DNA of 63,983 nucleotides, filler included, from Dimargaris cristalligena (Eukaryota): NCBI GenBank assembly GCA_003614675.1. It is 17 parts of 17 records of this genome, joined end to end, with 100 filler letters (N's around TTAATTAATTAA, not from the genome) between each part and the next. Parts side by side here need not be neighbours in the genome. Positions count along the whole stretch, not along the records: positions 11,611 to 15,355 come from ML003882.1; positions 15,456 to 19,187 come from ML003883.1; positions 19,288 to 23,017 come from ML003884.1; positions 23,118 to 26,841 come from ML003885.1; 13 more parts are not named here. One strand, 5' to 3'. Shown piece by piece: positions 13,297 to 23,748 of this stretch (position 1 is its first letter; each line of letters starts with the position of its first letter). The notes under the pieces were generated by a model. It saw only the letters and a program-made list of their open reading frames with translations, ran no database searches and was not told where the DNA came from. The position numbers and the translations under genes were made by a program.

Positions 13297-14403
13297 ATAA
13301 TAAATTTTAACCAGTGATATTTGCCTCATCCAACATATTTCTAGTAATATAGCTGCACTGAACCCCAACCAAATGGCTATTAGGGTGTATCCAGGATATT
13401 CCAGGGGTTCTATCACATTAGAATACTCAAAGGATATATATTAGTGAAGGTGTTGTACGAATATGTATTCCAACACAACTGTAAACGGTGCCGTAGGGTA
13501 AATTAATAGCCAAGATGGAAATTGGACAATATTCAACTAAACCTCTTCATTAAACAAGCCTTCCATTATACAACCGGACCAAAACTATTCCGTACAATAA
13601 TCACTAACTTTTATGTCATACGACCCTTGAATTGATATGGACGAAATACGGCACACCTTTTAATGACTTGGAAGGAAATGTGGATGATAAACTGCACGGT
13701 ATCAATTTCTAATCAGTGTAATTAGTCCACGAGGCGGAGTTTTTGATATATAAAGTCGAATCGAGCTCCTAACTCGAAATATAGGGGGGCGTCACCAAGT
13801 ATATATCCATAAACACAAGCAAGCCACACAAATCGGAAAAGTGGTTGCTTGTTGGAGTGTAGCCATAGACAGCACGAAAATGCTATAAAGGTTTCAAATA
13901 TACACCTATTGTACAGTTGTATTAAAAAGTAGGGAATACAATTTGTACTGGTTGGTACATGGAATATTAGCTGTTGTCAAAGCCCATTTCAATATGATAA
14001 GTACAAAGTGGATTTTGTCTAGAAATGTCCGCGATTGCCTCCTTGACTGGGGAATACTAGTCAACCTAGTGTAATAGACAGTAGTGTGGCTTTTTCAATC
14101 AGCCAGTTCAATATTTTCTATCGAAACTTACAAAGGGACTAATCCAAATTCCATATATCCCACATAAAGCCACTATGGTATTATCATTACTATGGAACAT
14201 ACCAAATTTGTCATATTGGTCTTTATCCTATTCTACCCCCAAAACATAAATGTACTCATATATTTATTGCTTATCCATCAAACAAAATCGTCAATATAAA
14301 TAGGGCATATTCCCACATTGAAAAACAAGTTTATACACAAACTTATTAGATAAAAAAAATACGCATTTAACCTGCTCATTGGCAGGCACCACCTTGGTTT
14401 AGA

Positions 14404-14622
14404 TTATTCGGTGGCTGGTACAATAGGCAAACCCCTATCTGCGTCAGAAAGGGGCTTGTCCCGCTCAGTGGTTGGGAAATCCCTCCCCAGAACAAAGGTG
14501 GGATTACCCATAACACCCCCTTGGGGGTGGATATATGATTTTGATGCCTGCATTGCTGCAGGGAGCGACCTGTATAATGGGTAGGTTGCTGGTTGTTGGG
14601 AAAAGAGCTTCAAAATGCCCAT
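14404..14622 (-). CDS. 72-aa microprotein, member of a small paralogous family (RD[FY]PT...DRG..PAT)
   Basis: Protein-level similarity to 42354-42578, upstream TATAAATAG (minus strand, about 14760), and a shared 3' flank. Confidence 0.55.
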   Translation of the reverse strand: MGILKLFSQQPATYPLYRSLPAAMQASKSYIHPQGGVMGNPTFVLGRDFPTTERDKPLSDADRGLPIVPATE

Positions 14623-15455
14623 TGGAAGGGGTGTAAATAAGGAGTAGAAAATGAGAGATGGTGTACCAATATATGGCAAAGAGTTTGGGATGGTTATTGC
14701 ATTGAAGCATCCAGTTGGTAGAAAATGATATTGATTTTTGGGGAGGACTTTGGTCTGCTATTTATACAGTATTTAACCAATGTTCTTATTAGCCAAATGC
14801 TGGATAGGGCGGCCCCACTACTCCCATCAAAATAAAGTATGATTTTGGTTCTATTCCATAGACTTTTATGGGGAGACGATGTCCTAGTTGCTAAGAGGTA
14901 TTAGTAATGGGACGAGGGGTTGTATTCATGTCCACCTATTCCCTGTGTTGCCCATTTGGATTATAACATGGAAGCCAACAACACACCACTCGACATTAAA
15001 ACTAAGCACTGGAGTATAATGAGGCACAATGTATCGATACTATGACTTAATCCCCTACTTATATCACCCGATCATGGGATATACCCATAGCCGGGGGTTT
15101 CTTGGCTGGCGCTCTTTTCTACAATACTTCCTATTTTCGATGAATATTCCATGAAGCACCCCACAATGCCAGGTCTATTTTTTACACTAAGATAATCCTC
15201 CCGGTGAAGAACATTAGGTCCCATATTGGAAAAGACCGTGTGCCTTATTTAGGAAGATTCATCCCCGTCAGTCACTACAATGTAATGGGGATGGATCCTT
15301 TTGCACTTCACTCGACTAACTGGTCCGCCGATTAAATGGCCACAGTCTAGCTATANNNNNNNNNNNNNNNNNNNNNNNNNNNNNNNNNNNNNNNNNNNNT
15401 TAATTAATTAANNNNNNNNNNNNNNNNNNNNNNNNNNNNNNNNNNNNNNNNNNNN

Positions 15456-15631
15456 TGGAAGGCACTAAGATCACCTACGAGTGATTAGTGCGAACTCCGG
15501 GAGGCCCGGCCAGTAAGGGGATATCAATGATGCTCGGCCTTATTAGGGCCGGGGGGTACAATATGGTGCTATACGGCCTGATATGATGGCGGTCATATCA
15601 GTTGGATTAGGACGGATTAGGAGGGGCGACA
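15456..15631 (-). mobile_element. LTR family 1, partial, CpG-retaining copy
   Basis: Ends GGATTAGGAGGGGCGACA. Aligns to 38545-38722 and to the reverse complement of 44823-45000. Confidence 0.8.
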
Positions 15632-16627
15632 ATAGACACCAGTGAATAACTATGGAAATATCTAGTCAATTCACAGGTGAGAAAAATATAAGAGAAGCGA
15701 AAGTAAGATGTGGAAAATTGAATATATGAATTGACTAACAGGCATTGATCTAATTTTAGCCACTGACCATGCATATCCAAAGTTTACCAACCTGACACAA
15801 ATATTTGAAGTAGTATGTCTAGGCGTATGCTACCAGGGGGGGGGGGTACCCGAAGCTTGTGACACTGGTATAATCATACCCTGGAGGAGAAGGGTATAGT
15901 GACAGCTATTTATTGACCTAATTAGTAAATCGAGGTGGGATTTCTGCCATTGATCCAATCTCACTTGACCCAACACCATGGCGGCCTTCCATGACCCCTG
16001 GAAATAGGAAGGCCGCATCCACCAAGTTCGAATGTATCTTTTTTATTAAAGGCCTATGAAAACCACCACTATTCCCATAGCTTATCCATTTACCAACTAT
16101 TCAGATTAAGTATCTATGTTTATCAACGGTGTGAAAGTCGAATGCTCACCCCCTTTTTTCTTATTCCTTGTAGCAGCGGTGTCAGCTTTCAATCAGAAAC
16201 TGCGACCCATTATCCATCATAGTTTTAGTTTAGCAATAGGAAGTACAGTGGGGATCAATGGAAGCAGTGCTGCTTAGCCTAGTCATAGCTCGGGTATAAT
16301 ATCCGGCCATCTTCCATCCTGAATAAAGCAGCAGTTATTTGACCTACCCTTTTACATGCCCATAGTTTCTGTGATTTATCTCATCTGCAGCAATACCAGG
16401 TTAAGCTTATTGCTGGCCTTTTATTATTATTCCTGACCAAGGTCCCGGACCTTTTATTTTGCAATATTATTTGGGTCTCGGACCCCTCTAGTTTTTTAAT
16501 TACAAGTATCTTGCAATTGGCCAAACTGGTCAGGCCGGTTGGATTCGTGATTCTGAGAACAACACTATCATCGGAGAATAGAACGATCGCACCCGGCTGC
16601 TTGGCGATAACAGCTTATTTGATCGAC

Positions 16628-16993
16628 ATGGTCAACGTGTACCGGGCAATATACGTCTCTGCGGTTAATAATCGAGCTCACCATGCTCTTTATATTGCCG
16701 AGTCTATCGGTGATCCAGATGGATGTCTTTTTCACGCCCGGGGAGATAAGCGAAGTATTATGTGGATGGAGAGGCGTGGCGGTTCCAATGTGGAGGAAAG
16801 TCCATCCTATCGGAGCCATGATGATCTGGGAACTACAAGCCATTCTCTCGATGATATTGAAACTCTATTGATGACCATTCGTGATGGTAGATGGACGGCT
16901 GCAGAATATGCACATGACGGATACGACTGTCAAGATTGGGTCAATGACGCTATTGCGAAGATGGTTAGCAACTCGATGCTCATCCGGAAATAG
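16628..16993 (+). CDS. DUF6540-like small protein (His-His-Cys, possible permuted papain/NlpC-P60-like fold), 121 aa
   Basis: Motifs HHALYI, GCLFHARG, LG and CQDWVNDAIAKM match the pattern I recall for the fungal DUF6540 family. Not verified by search. Confidence 0.65.
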   Translation: MVNVYRAIYVSAVNNRAHHALYIAESIGDPDGCLFHARGDKRSIMWMERRGGSNVEESPSYRSHDDLGTTSHSLDDIETLLMTIRDGRWTAAEYAHDGYDCQDWVNDAIAKMVSNSMLIRK

Positions 16994-17234
16994 GTCGTAT
17001 TCGTCAACCGGTACTGGATATGCGCGATCGGCCAATCGTCGTGGGCGCAACATTTAACGCACTGGCGTCGAAGGTGACAAATACTATAACGTGTATGGTT
17101 GTTGGGCATATAAGTCGAATAGCTATCACCATCATGTATAATCCTTAAGTAATGATGCTCAACCGGGTTTCCTGCTGCCTCTTTCCCCGGTATTAGTATG
17201 AGCTGCGAGATAGTCTAAGGCATATCTTTCTTTG

Positions 17235-17740
17235 TGTCTCACCTGCTAACCGATCTTAATCCAGACCAGTTAGCAGTGACCATATTAGGCCCCATTGTCC
17301 CATATTGCCATTATCATTCATTCTAACCTTTCTGGCATCCAGCCTGGCCTTCCTGCTTTCCACTCTAGCATCGATCCAAATCCCACTGGGCCCTGGTCAG
17401 CCTATTGAGTTATTCCTTTAGTTTATGAATATTTCCCTCGGGACACTCACTCTGGAGTCGCTCCCACATATATACAATAGGTCCCCGCCGTGACCTGTTA
17501 ATACCTCAGTTTATTTCTACCCCCGGTTTACTTAATAAACGCACCATATGCTAAAACCCTCGGTTACTAATTAGTAAGTGTATTTTACTACACTATATAT
17601 CACATCACTGCTTGTCTTTATTAGTTAATAACCCCCAACCCTGCCACTCACGTGCGTACAGACCCCGCGTGTCCTTCCATCAGCGCAAGAAACCCAATCC
17701 CGGGACTCTTGGCGGAATAAGAACTTTTAGGCTGTTGATA
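17235..17740 (+). mobile_element. LTR family 1, diverged subfamily copy
   Basis: Contains CTTAATCCAGACC, CTCTGGAGT, AATAAAC, TAGTAAGTGT and GGGACTCTTGGCGGAATAAGA landmarks in family order. Confidence 0.6.
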
Positions 17741-18793
17741 TCATAAGCATGGCTTTCCGGTGTAGTCCTGCTATGGTTATAAACTATTATCGGATGGCTA
17801 GGGGTCTTTTTTTCCTCTATTGCCGATCACTAGGACGCGAGATAGAGTCGGCATCCCTTTCGCTTTCCTCCCAGCTCTTAATATATTCTTAATTTCCCAC
17901 TTTTAATAATTACGCCTATATTAAAGCTGCTGCCCGTTATCAGACCGGTTATTTAGTTAATTCTATTCCAGTGTAAACCATATTCTTGCTGCGAGACATG
18001 TAAACTCCTCTCAATATACACACCTATCTATATATTACAGGGCCTTTTTATTAGCCACAGTATCTCGATTTTATTCCCCAGGTCGTAAGGTGTTCTACTT
18101 CTCCCCTAATGGAATGGTAGTCGAACCCGACTCACCTTCGGTAGACACCAAAAAGGACACCCTTAGTTACATTATAGCCATTAGTAGGATTGGTTGCAGT
18201 CCCTCTGTATTATCAGTACCTCCGTACACAGCCAATTGGCGTAGGACCATGGGATTATCAAACAATTTGCTGGTATGGCTATTCTAGTCCTTGTCGGCTA
18301 GCTCCAAACCTCGGACTTCTACAAGCTCATGTTTGGCCTCTTCCTCTATCATTAACGTTCTTCCGGCATGCTATATTCCCAAATTTTCAAATAGCTACAT
18401 GTACTCTATCTGTTTCCATTCGTGTGAATTATCATTGACAATATTATGCATAATTTAAGGCCAGTGCCAGAACCCAACATTAGTTCCCGATTCTCAGACT
18501 CCCTGGAAGTACCGGTTGACATTAAAGTGAACCGTTCGAATCTCCTTTTAGGTTTTTAAAACCCAAATCTTGCGGATGTTATGAGGAGGACATCTACCTC
18601 TGGTCATAATGACCAAGTTACCCGCCCGCCACTTACACGCCCCCCCCGGCCATCGATCTCGCTCGATAAATTGGATTTTCAAAACCTCGTTTATGAGAGG
18701 ATACTGAGCATTATACCAACTCACCCTACCAGCCATGGGCTGGAGCCTGTACATCGCTTTTAATTCCTTTCGTCAAAGATCCTTTATAAATCG

Positions 18794-19186
18794 CTAGATA
18801 AGGTATTGGGGAAAAAATGCAAACACTTTAGCGACGGCTAAATATTCCTGAGGATATCGTCGCAGATGTTTAATTGCCACCCCACCCCACAGGCTACCCC
18901 AGGCCTCCAGCATCAAGATCCTAGCATATTCCCAGTACTCGGGATAAAAACCGCTATACTCCCAGTCCAGGACGGCCTGGATAACCAGAGTGGTTGGGTC
19001 TATAATGATGTTGCGGGGGTAGAGATCGTTGTGAGTAAGGACCACCTTATGGTTATTATCACCAAACATTCCCTGGAACATAGGATAGACGTCCGGTATG
19101 CGAACGAGGTCAGAGAGTCCTTTACATAAACCATCATGGAAGCTAGCCAGTGAAACACACTTGTCGTCAACAGGGAATGCATTTCC
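18794..19186 (-). CDS. APH/choline-kinase-like phosphotransferase, C-terminal part (5' truncated by contig end)
   Basis: Brenner-type motif LTHNDLYPRNII, then AVLDWEYSGFYPEYWEY. The frame stays open to the contig end (GNAFPVDDKCVSLASFHDGLCKG...). Confidence 0.85.
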   Translation of the reverse strand, partial: GNAFPVDDKCVSLASFHDGLCKGLSDLVRIPDVYPMFQGMFGDNNHKVVLTHNDLYPRNIIIDPTTLVIQAVLDWEYSGFYPEYWEYARILMLEAWGSLWGGVAIKHLRRYPQEYLAVAKVFAFFPQYLI

Positions 19187-20489
19187 ANNNNNNNNNNNNN
19201 NNNNNNNNNNNNNNNNNNNNNNNNNNNNNNNTTAATTAATTAANNNNNNNNNNNNNNNNNNNNNNNNNNNNNNNNNNNNNNNNNNNNAGCTTAGTCGAAA
19301 GGCATGGGGGGTCGATGCTTGCGGAACCCGTTGGGGGAGGGACTCATGGATGGCTCGAGGGAGCCTCTTACTTTGAAGCGTGGCCGTGAACTTCTACGTA
19401 CTCTCGTAAGCCTCTCTAAGGGAGGGCCCCATTCAGGGTTGAGGAGCTAGGGGGGACCTGATAAGCTCGCCAGTAGTAGTGACTTGCGTTTAAGAACAGC
19501 TGGAGTAATCTGAAGCTGCTGAACACCTTGGGGACGGGGTGGGAGGGAGTGGAGGGTGAAAAGGGCCTGGACGCACATGAACCTGGCTAGGGAGCGGCAC
19601 ACGTGGCGAGTGAGGGGGGCCTGCCGGAAGCTGGAAGTGGGGAAAGAACCAACGGTACGTCAGCCTTAACGAATCCCACACCTAACTCCTCTGAGGGGCC
19701 CCGGCAACGGCGTCCTAAGCGGCTTCTCCTGAAAGGGAGGGGTCGTTGCTCTGAGGGGGAGGGCGGTGTGGGAGGAGTTTGCCCGTTCGGGTGTATACAG
19801 ATTGGGGCTGCACGGGAGGTGGAGTGGAGGTTCAGGTGGAGCGGAGGGGGTGTTAGTGTAGCCCAAAGGAGGTGGACCTTGCATGACGTTACCTGGAAGA
19901 CGCCTCTTCGGAGTGACCCCCCCGGACCCCAACTTGTTGGGGGAGGAGGGGACACGGAGATGAGGCGGCTGGAAGGTATAAGGATTGCAACTTGCAGGTC
20001 CACCGGTTGGGCGGAGCGTGCCCCCGTAGTGTAACCTGAACCGGAACGTTGGTGGGCACTAGGTCCGTTGGTAGATAACGCCCTGCTTCTTCCCCCATAG
20101 GGGGCCCCTCGCTCTCAGGACTAGCCTCCCTCGGTTCCTGACGCCCTTCGGTTGTCGACACCCACAGATCCTGGCTGCATCGGTGAACGTTATCTTAGCC
20201 AACAGGAGATCTCGCACGCACCCCCCATAGGGGACCCCCTTGCGCGCGTCCTGAGCATCTTCACCTACCAATCAAGGCTGCTCGGTTTCGTAGGCCCTTC
20301 GCTGGGTCAACTCTTTCTGCACGGTGTCGTTCACTTCGGGGCCACGCTCTGGTCACTCATCTCCCCTAAAGGGGCCCCCAAGGATGAGCTCCCGGCGCTA
20401 ACACCCCCTGCGTTCTCTTGCTAGTACCGATCACCTTGTCCTCAAGGCCGGACGGCCGAGTGTTTAGGAAGGGTTCGCTGGGTGGTCCT

Positions 20490-23017
20490 GCACGAGGTCG
20501 CTTCGCTTACGGAACTAAACCAAGGGAGCCGCCTGTGGCCGTCTCGGGTAGCACGTTAATAATTCAGGCTGCTCGGTTGAATGCACGACGTCGCTTCGCT
20601 TACCAACACCGCTATAAAGAGCCACCTGTGGGTGTCTCAGCAGACCTCTTAATACTAGACTTCTAATCACAAGGATCCTACTAATTATTGCTGCACGGTG
20701 ATCTTGAGGATGATAACTCCGCTGGGTAACCTGTTGATCCCGATGTCGATTCTGATGATCATGAAGGGACGATTCCGCTACTGATCTGACGGGTTGCTTC
20801 GCTTACCACTTCATCCCGATTGTTGAGACAGCCACAGCTGGCTCCTTGGTGGTGGTGTCGCTGATCAAAGTGTCGCTTCGCTTATCAACCCTCGTTACAT
20901 TGAGCCGCCTATGGCCGTCTCAGGTAATTCGTTATTAATCACTGCTGCACTTGTTGAGACAGCCACAGCTGGCTCCTATGATGGTGATACTGCCCGAGGT
21001 CGCTTCGTTTACTGCTGATGGCCGCGATTCTGTTGATAGTGAGGGTGACTCTTGATTCACATTCGCTCGGCATCACCAATAGGTTGAGCCAGCTCGTGGC
21101 TGTCTCAAGTAACCTGATAATCATCGCGGTAGGTTGGTGACTCATGCTGATTTAGATTGACGTTGCACGGTGGATTAACTCAATGTCGCTTCGCTTACCA
21201 ATGACGATCGGTGGAGCCGCCTGTGGCCGTCTCGGGTTATTTACTAAACTAATTTTGCTTGAGACAGCCACAGCTGGCTCCCTTGGCTGATGACGGTTCC
21301 TACGTAGATGACAACTAACCCATGATGGAGTCGCTCCGCTTGATACCCCTGAAGGAAGGAGCCGCCTATGGCCGTCTCAGGTAGTTCAACTAGATCATGG
21401 TTGAAGGTGTTGAGACAGCCACAGCTGGCTCCTTTGGTGGTGATGTCCTTCCTATCATTCATAATCACTGCTGCACGGTTGATGATGACGATGTCGCTTA
21501 CCATCCCTATTGCAGGGAGCCACCTCGTGGGTGTCTCAGGTTTATTAATAATTACCGCTGCACGGTTGAATCATTGATGATTCACATGTCGATCCGCTTA
21601 CTGATCACTACGGAAGGATCCGTCTCGGGTTGGTTAACGTTGAGACAGCCACAGCTGGCTCCTTTGTCGGTTAATCCTATTAATTCTTGCTGCATGAGTC
21701 ACAGGTGAGCCCTTGTTTAACCCTGGACTGGTGATGACTTGGCTTCCTGTTGGCCCATGCTGAGCCCTGATGTTGAGACAGCCACAGCCGGCTCCTTGTT
21801 AGTCCGCTTTGCTTACTGATCATGGTTGTATGGAGCCGGCTGTTCCCGTCTCGGGAGATCCGATCGTCTAATAATCGACTCTGCAGGGAGCCACCTCGTG
21901 GGTGTCTCAGGACCTACTATTAATTATTGCTGCACGGTTTCATGTCACTACTGGACTGCCCTAACCAATGGGAGCCAGCTGTGGCTGTCTCGGATAACAT
22001 GATAGTCATTGTTGAACAGGTGGGTAACTCATGATGCAAGATGTCGCTTCGCTTACTAAGTTCGATGTCAACTAACGAGCTCCGCGTTTATAGTATCACT
22101 CACATGGAGCCGCCTGTGGCCGTCTCGGGTAGTGCTATGGATCACCGCTGCACCGATTATGAATCTAAGAGGTCGCTTACTGATCAGTGCAGCAGTGAGC
22201 CACCTCGTGTATGTCTCAGCTAGTTCATTAATAATTCAGGCTGCAGGTTGATGAATAATCCTTGCTGCGGTTGATGAACCCCTTGTTGGTCATGATGACG
22301 ATTCTGTTGACGTTGATGTTGATAATAATCCTTGCTGCACGGTTGAACTTGATGATAATGATGATCATGTTGATGACGATCATGACGTTGGTGATGATGT
22401 TGATCTTGATGATAACGTCCTTAGTAATCCTTGCTGCGGTTGATGATGAAGATGTTGACGTTGATCATGATGAAGGTTGCAGGTTGTTGATGTGGATTCG
22501 GATAACGATGAGGGTGTTGATGATGTTGATCATGACGGTGTTGATCTTGATGTTGATGATCATGACGTTGACGATGATGACCATCATGATGGTGATGATC
22601 ATGATGATGATGTCGCTTTGCTCACCATCAACGATGACAAGGAGCCGCCTGTGGCCGTCTCGGGTTGATTAAAGATCATCGCTGCAGGTTGAACAGGATA
22701 TTCATGTCGCTACGCTTACCAACACCATTACAAGGAGCCGCCTGTGGCCGTCTCAGACTAATTAATCATAATCCTTGACACACCGTTTCCTATTGATGAA
22801 TAACTAATCCTCGCTGCAGGGAGCCACCTTGTGGGTGTCTCAGGTGGCGATCTGTTAATCACCGGTGCTCGTGAGACAGCCACAGCTGGCTCCCTTGGGG
22901 ATGAGGTTGATCATGTTGATGAAGACGCTGGTTATTGATAGCAATGTCGCTTTGCTTACCATGATGACGGCTGTGTTGAGCCGACTCTTGGCCGTCTCGG
23001 GTTGAACCAGCACTGAT
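20490..23017. repeat. Modular array of three spaced motifs (A GTCGCTTCGCTTAC; B GGAGCCRSCT(C)GTGGSYGTCTC; C TAAT..GCTGCACGGTTG), with B in both orientations
   Basis: Forward B at about 20525, 20619, 20902, 21086, 21213, 21358, 21515, 21832, 21886, 21970, 22106, 22197, 22641, 22734, 22819 and 22978, plus a truncated copy at about 21617. Reverse B (GAGACAGCCACAGCTGGCTCC) at about 20823, 20954, 21259, 21410, 21640, 21773 and 22872. A at about 20497, 20590, 20793, 20872, 20999, 21185, 22043, 22612, 22706 and 22946, among others. Confidence 0.95.
22254..22612. repeat. GAT/GTT/CAT trinucleotide-based low-complexity tract inside the array
   Basis: GATGATCATGACGTTG-type units, with three embedded TAATCCTTGCTGC(AC)GGTTGA motif-C copies. 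Confidence 0.85.
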
Positions 23018-23135
23018 NNNNNNNNNNNNNNNNNNNNNNNNNNNNNNNNNNNNNNNNNNNNTTAATTAATTAANNNNNNNNNNNNNNNNNNNNNNNNNNN
23101 NNNNNNNNNNNNNNNNNTAAAAACTTTAGTCAATT

Positions 23136-23433
23136 TATTAAATCCCCACTTGGACCCCAAAAATATAGGTAATCCCATTATCCCACTCGACCAATTGTTA
23201 CAATACCCCCCAGTTTACCTCAATAAACTCTATATATGCTCACCCCCATATACTAACTAGTAAGTGTACCTGCTGCACATCCCTAACATTAACCTGCACT
23301 TATCCTTTATTAGTTAGTACTGTGCCCCCATCCTAATGCTAGTAGCCCACTTGGCTGAGTCTAAGCCCCACCTACCATTAAAAGCCTATCCTTGGGACTC
23401 TTGATGGACTAAGAGTGGTTAACCTGGGTAACA
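23136..23433 (+). mobile_element. LTR family 1, 3' half
   Basis: Ends AGAGTGGTTAACCTGGGTAACA. Reverse complement of 1377-1610. Confidence 0.85.
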
Positions 23434-23544
23434 CTTAATAAAAACGGATAAATTGTAGTATAATTTTAAACCATGGTTAATGTGACCGAGATATTATTTT
23501 TAAGTTAACAATGCAAAGGAATAATATTAACCCATGTCAGAGCT

Positions 23545-23748
23545 CTATTTCAATTTTGGCTCTTTGTCAGCCAGGGCTACAACAATAACTGACTTGGGTT
23601 TTAATAGCTTTGTAATGTCAGCAGGATTGTCTCTACGTGGATAGAGGGTCAAATTAGCCACTGTTGGGATACCAGTCACTTTCGCTGCTAACATAATCAA
23701 AGAGATGAGAGCAAGCAGGGTAACTGTCGCGAGTTGGCAGCCAACCAT
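23545..23748 (-). CDS. Small secreted hypothetical protein or relic (67 aa)
   Basis: MVGCQLATVTLLALISLIMLAAKVTG signal-like segment followed by a YPRR dibasic site. Confidence 0.35.
   Translation of the reverse strand: MVGCQLATVTLLALISLIMLAAKVTGIPTVANLTLYPRRDNPADITKLLKPKSVIVVALADKEPKLK

Noticed and set aside
20525-20580. Group II intron domain V (GAGCCG...CGGTT) or hammerhead ribozyme repeats
   Set aside because: The spacing is about 54 nt rather than about 34 nt, there is no GNRA loop, and I saw no CUGAUGA/GAAA hammerhead cores.
20418-22672. ORFs with repeated EPPVAVSG, RQPQLAP or Met/Ile-rich peptides
   Set aside because: They are by-products of the nucleotide motifs. The frames differ between copies and stops are frequent.
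20490-23017. CRISPR array
   Set aside because: The context is eukaryotic, there are no cas genes, there are three different motifs, repeats occur in both orientations and the period is irregular.
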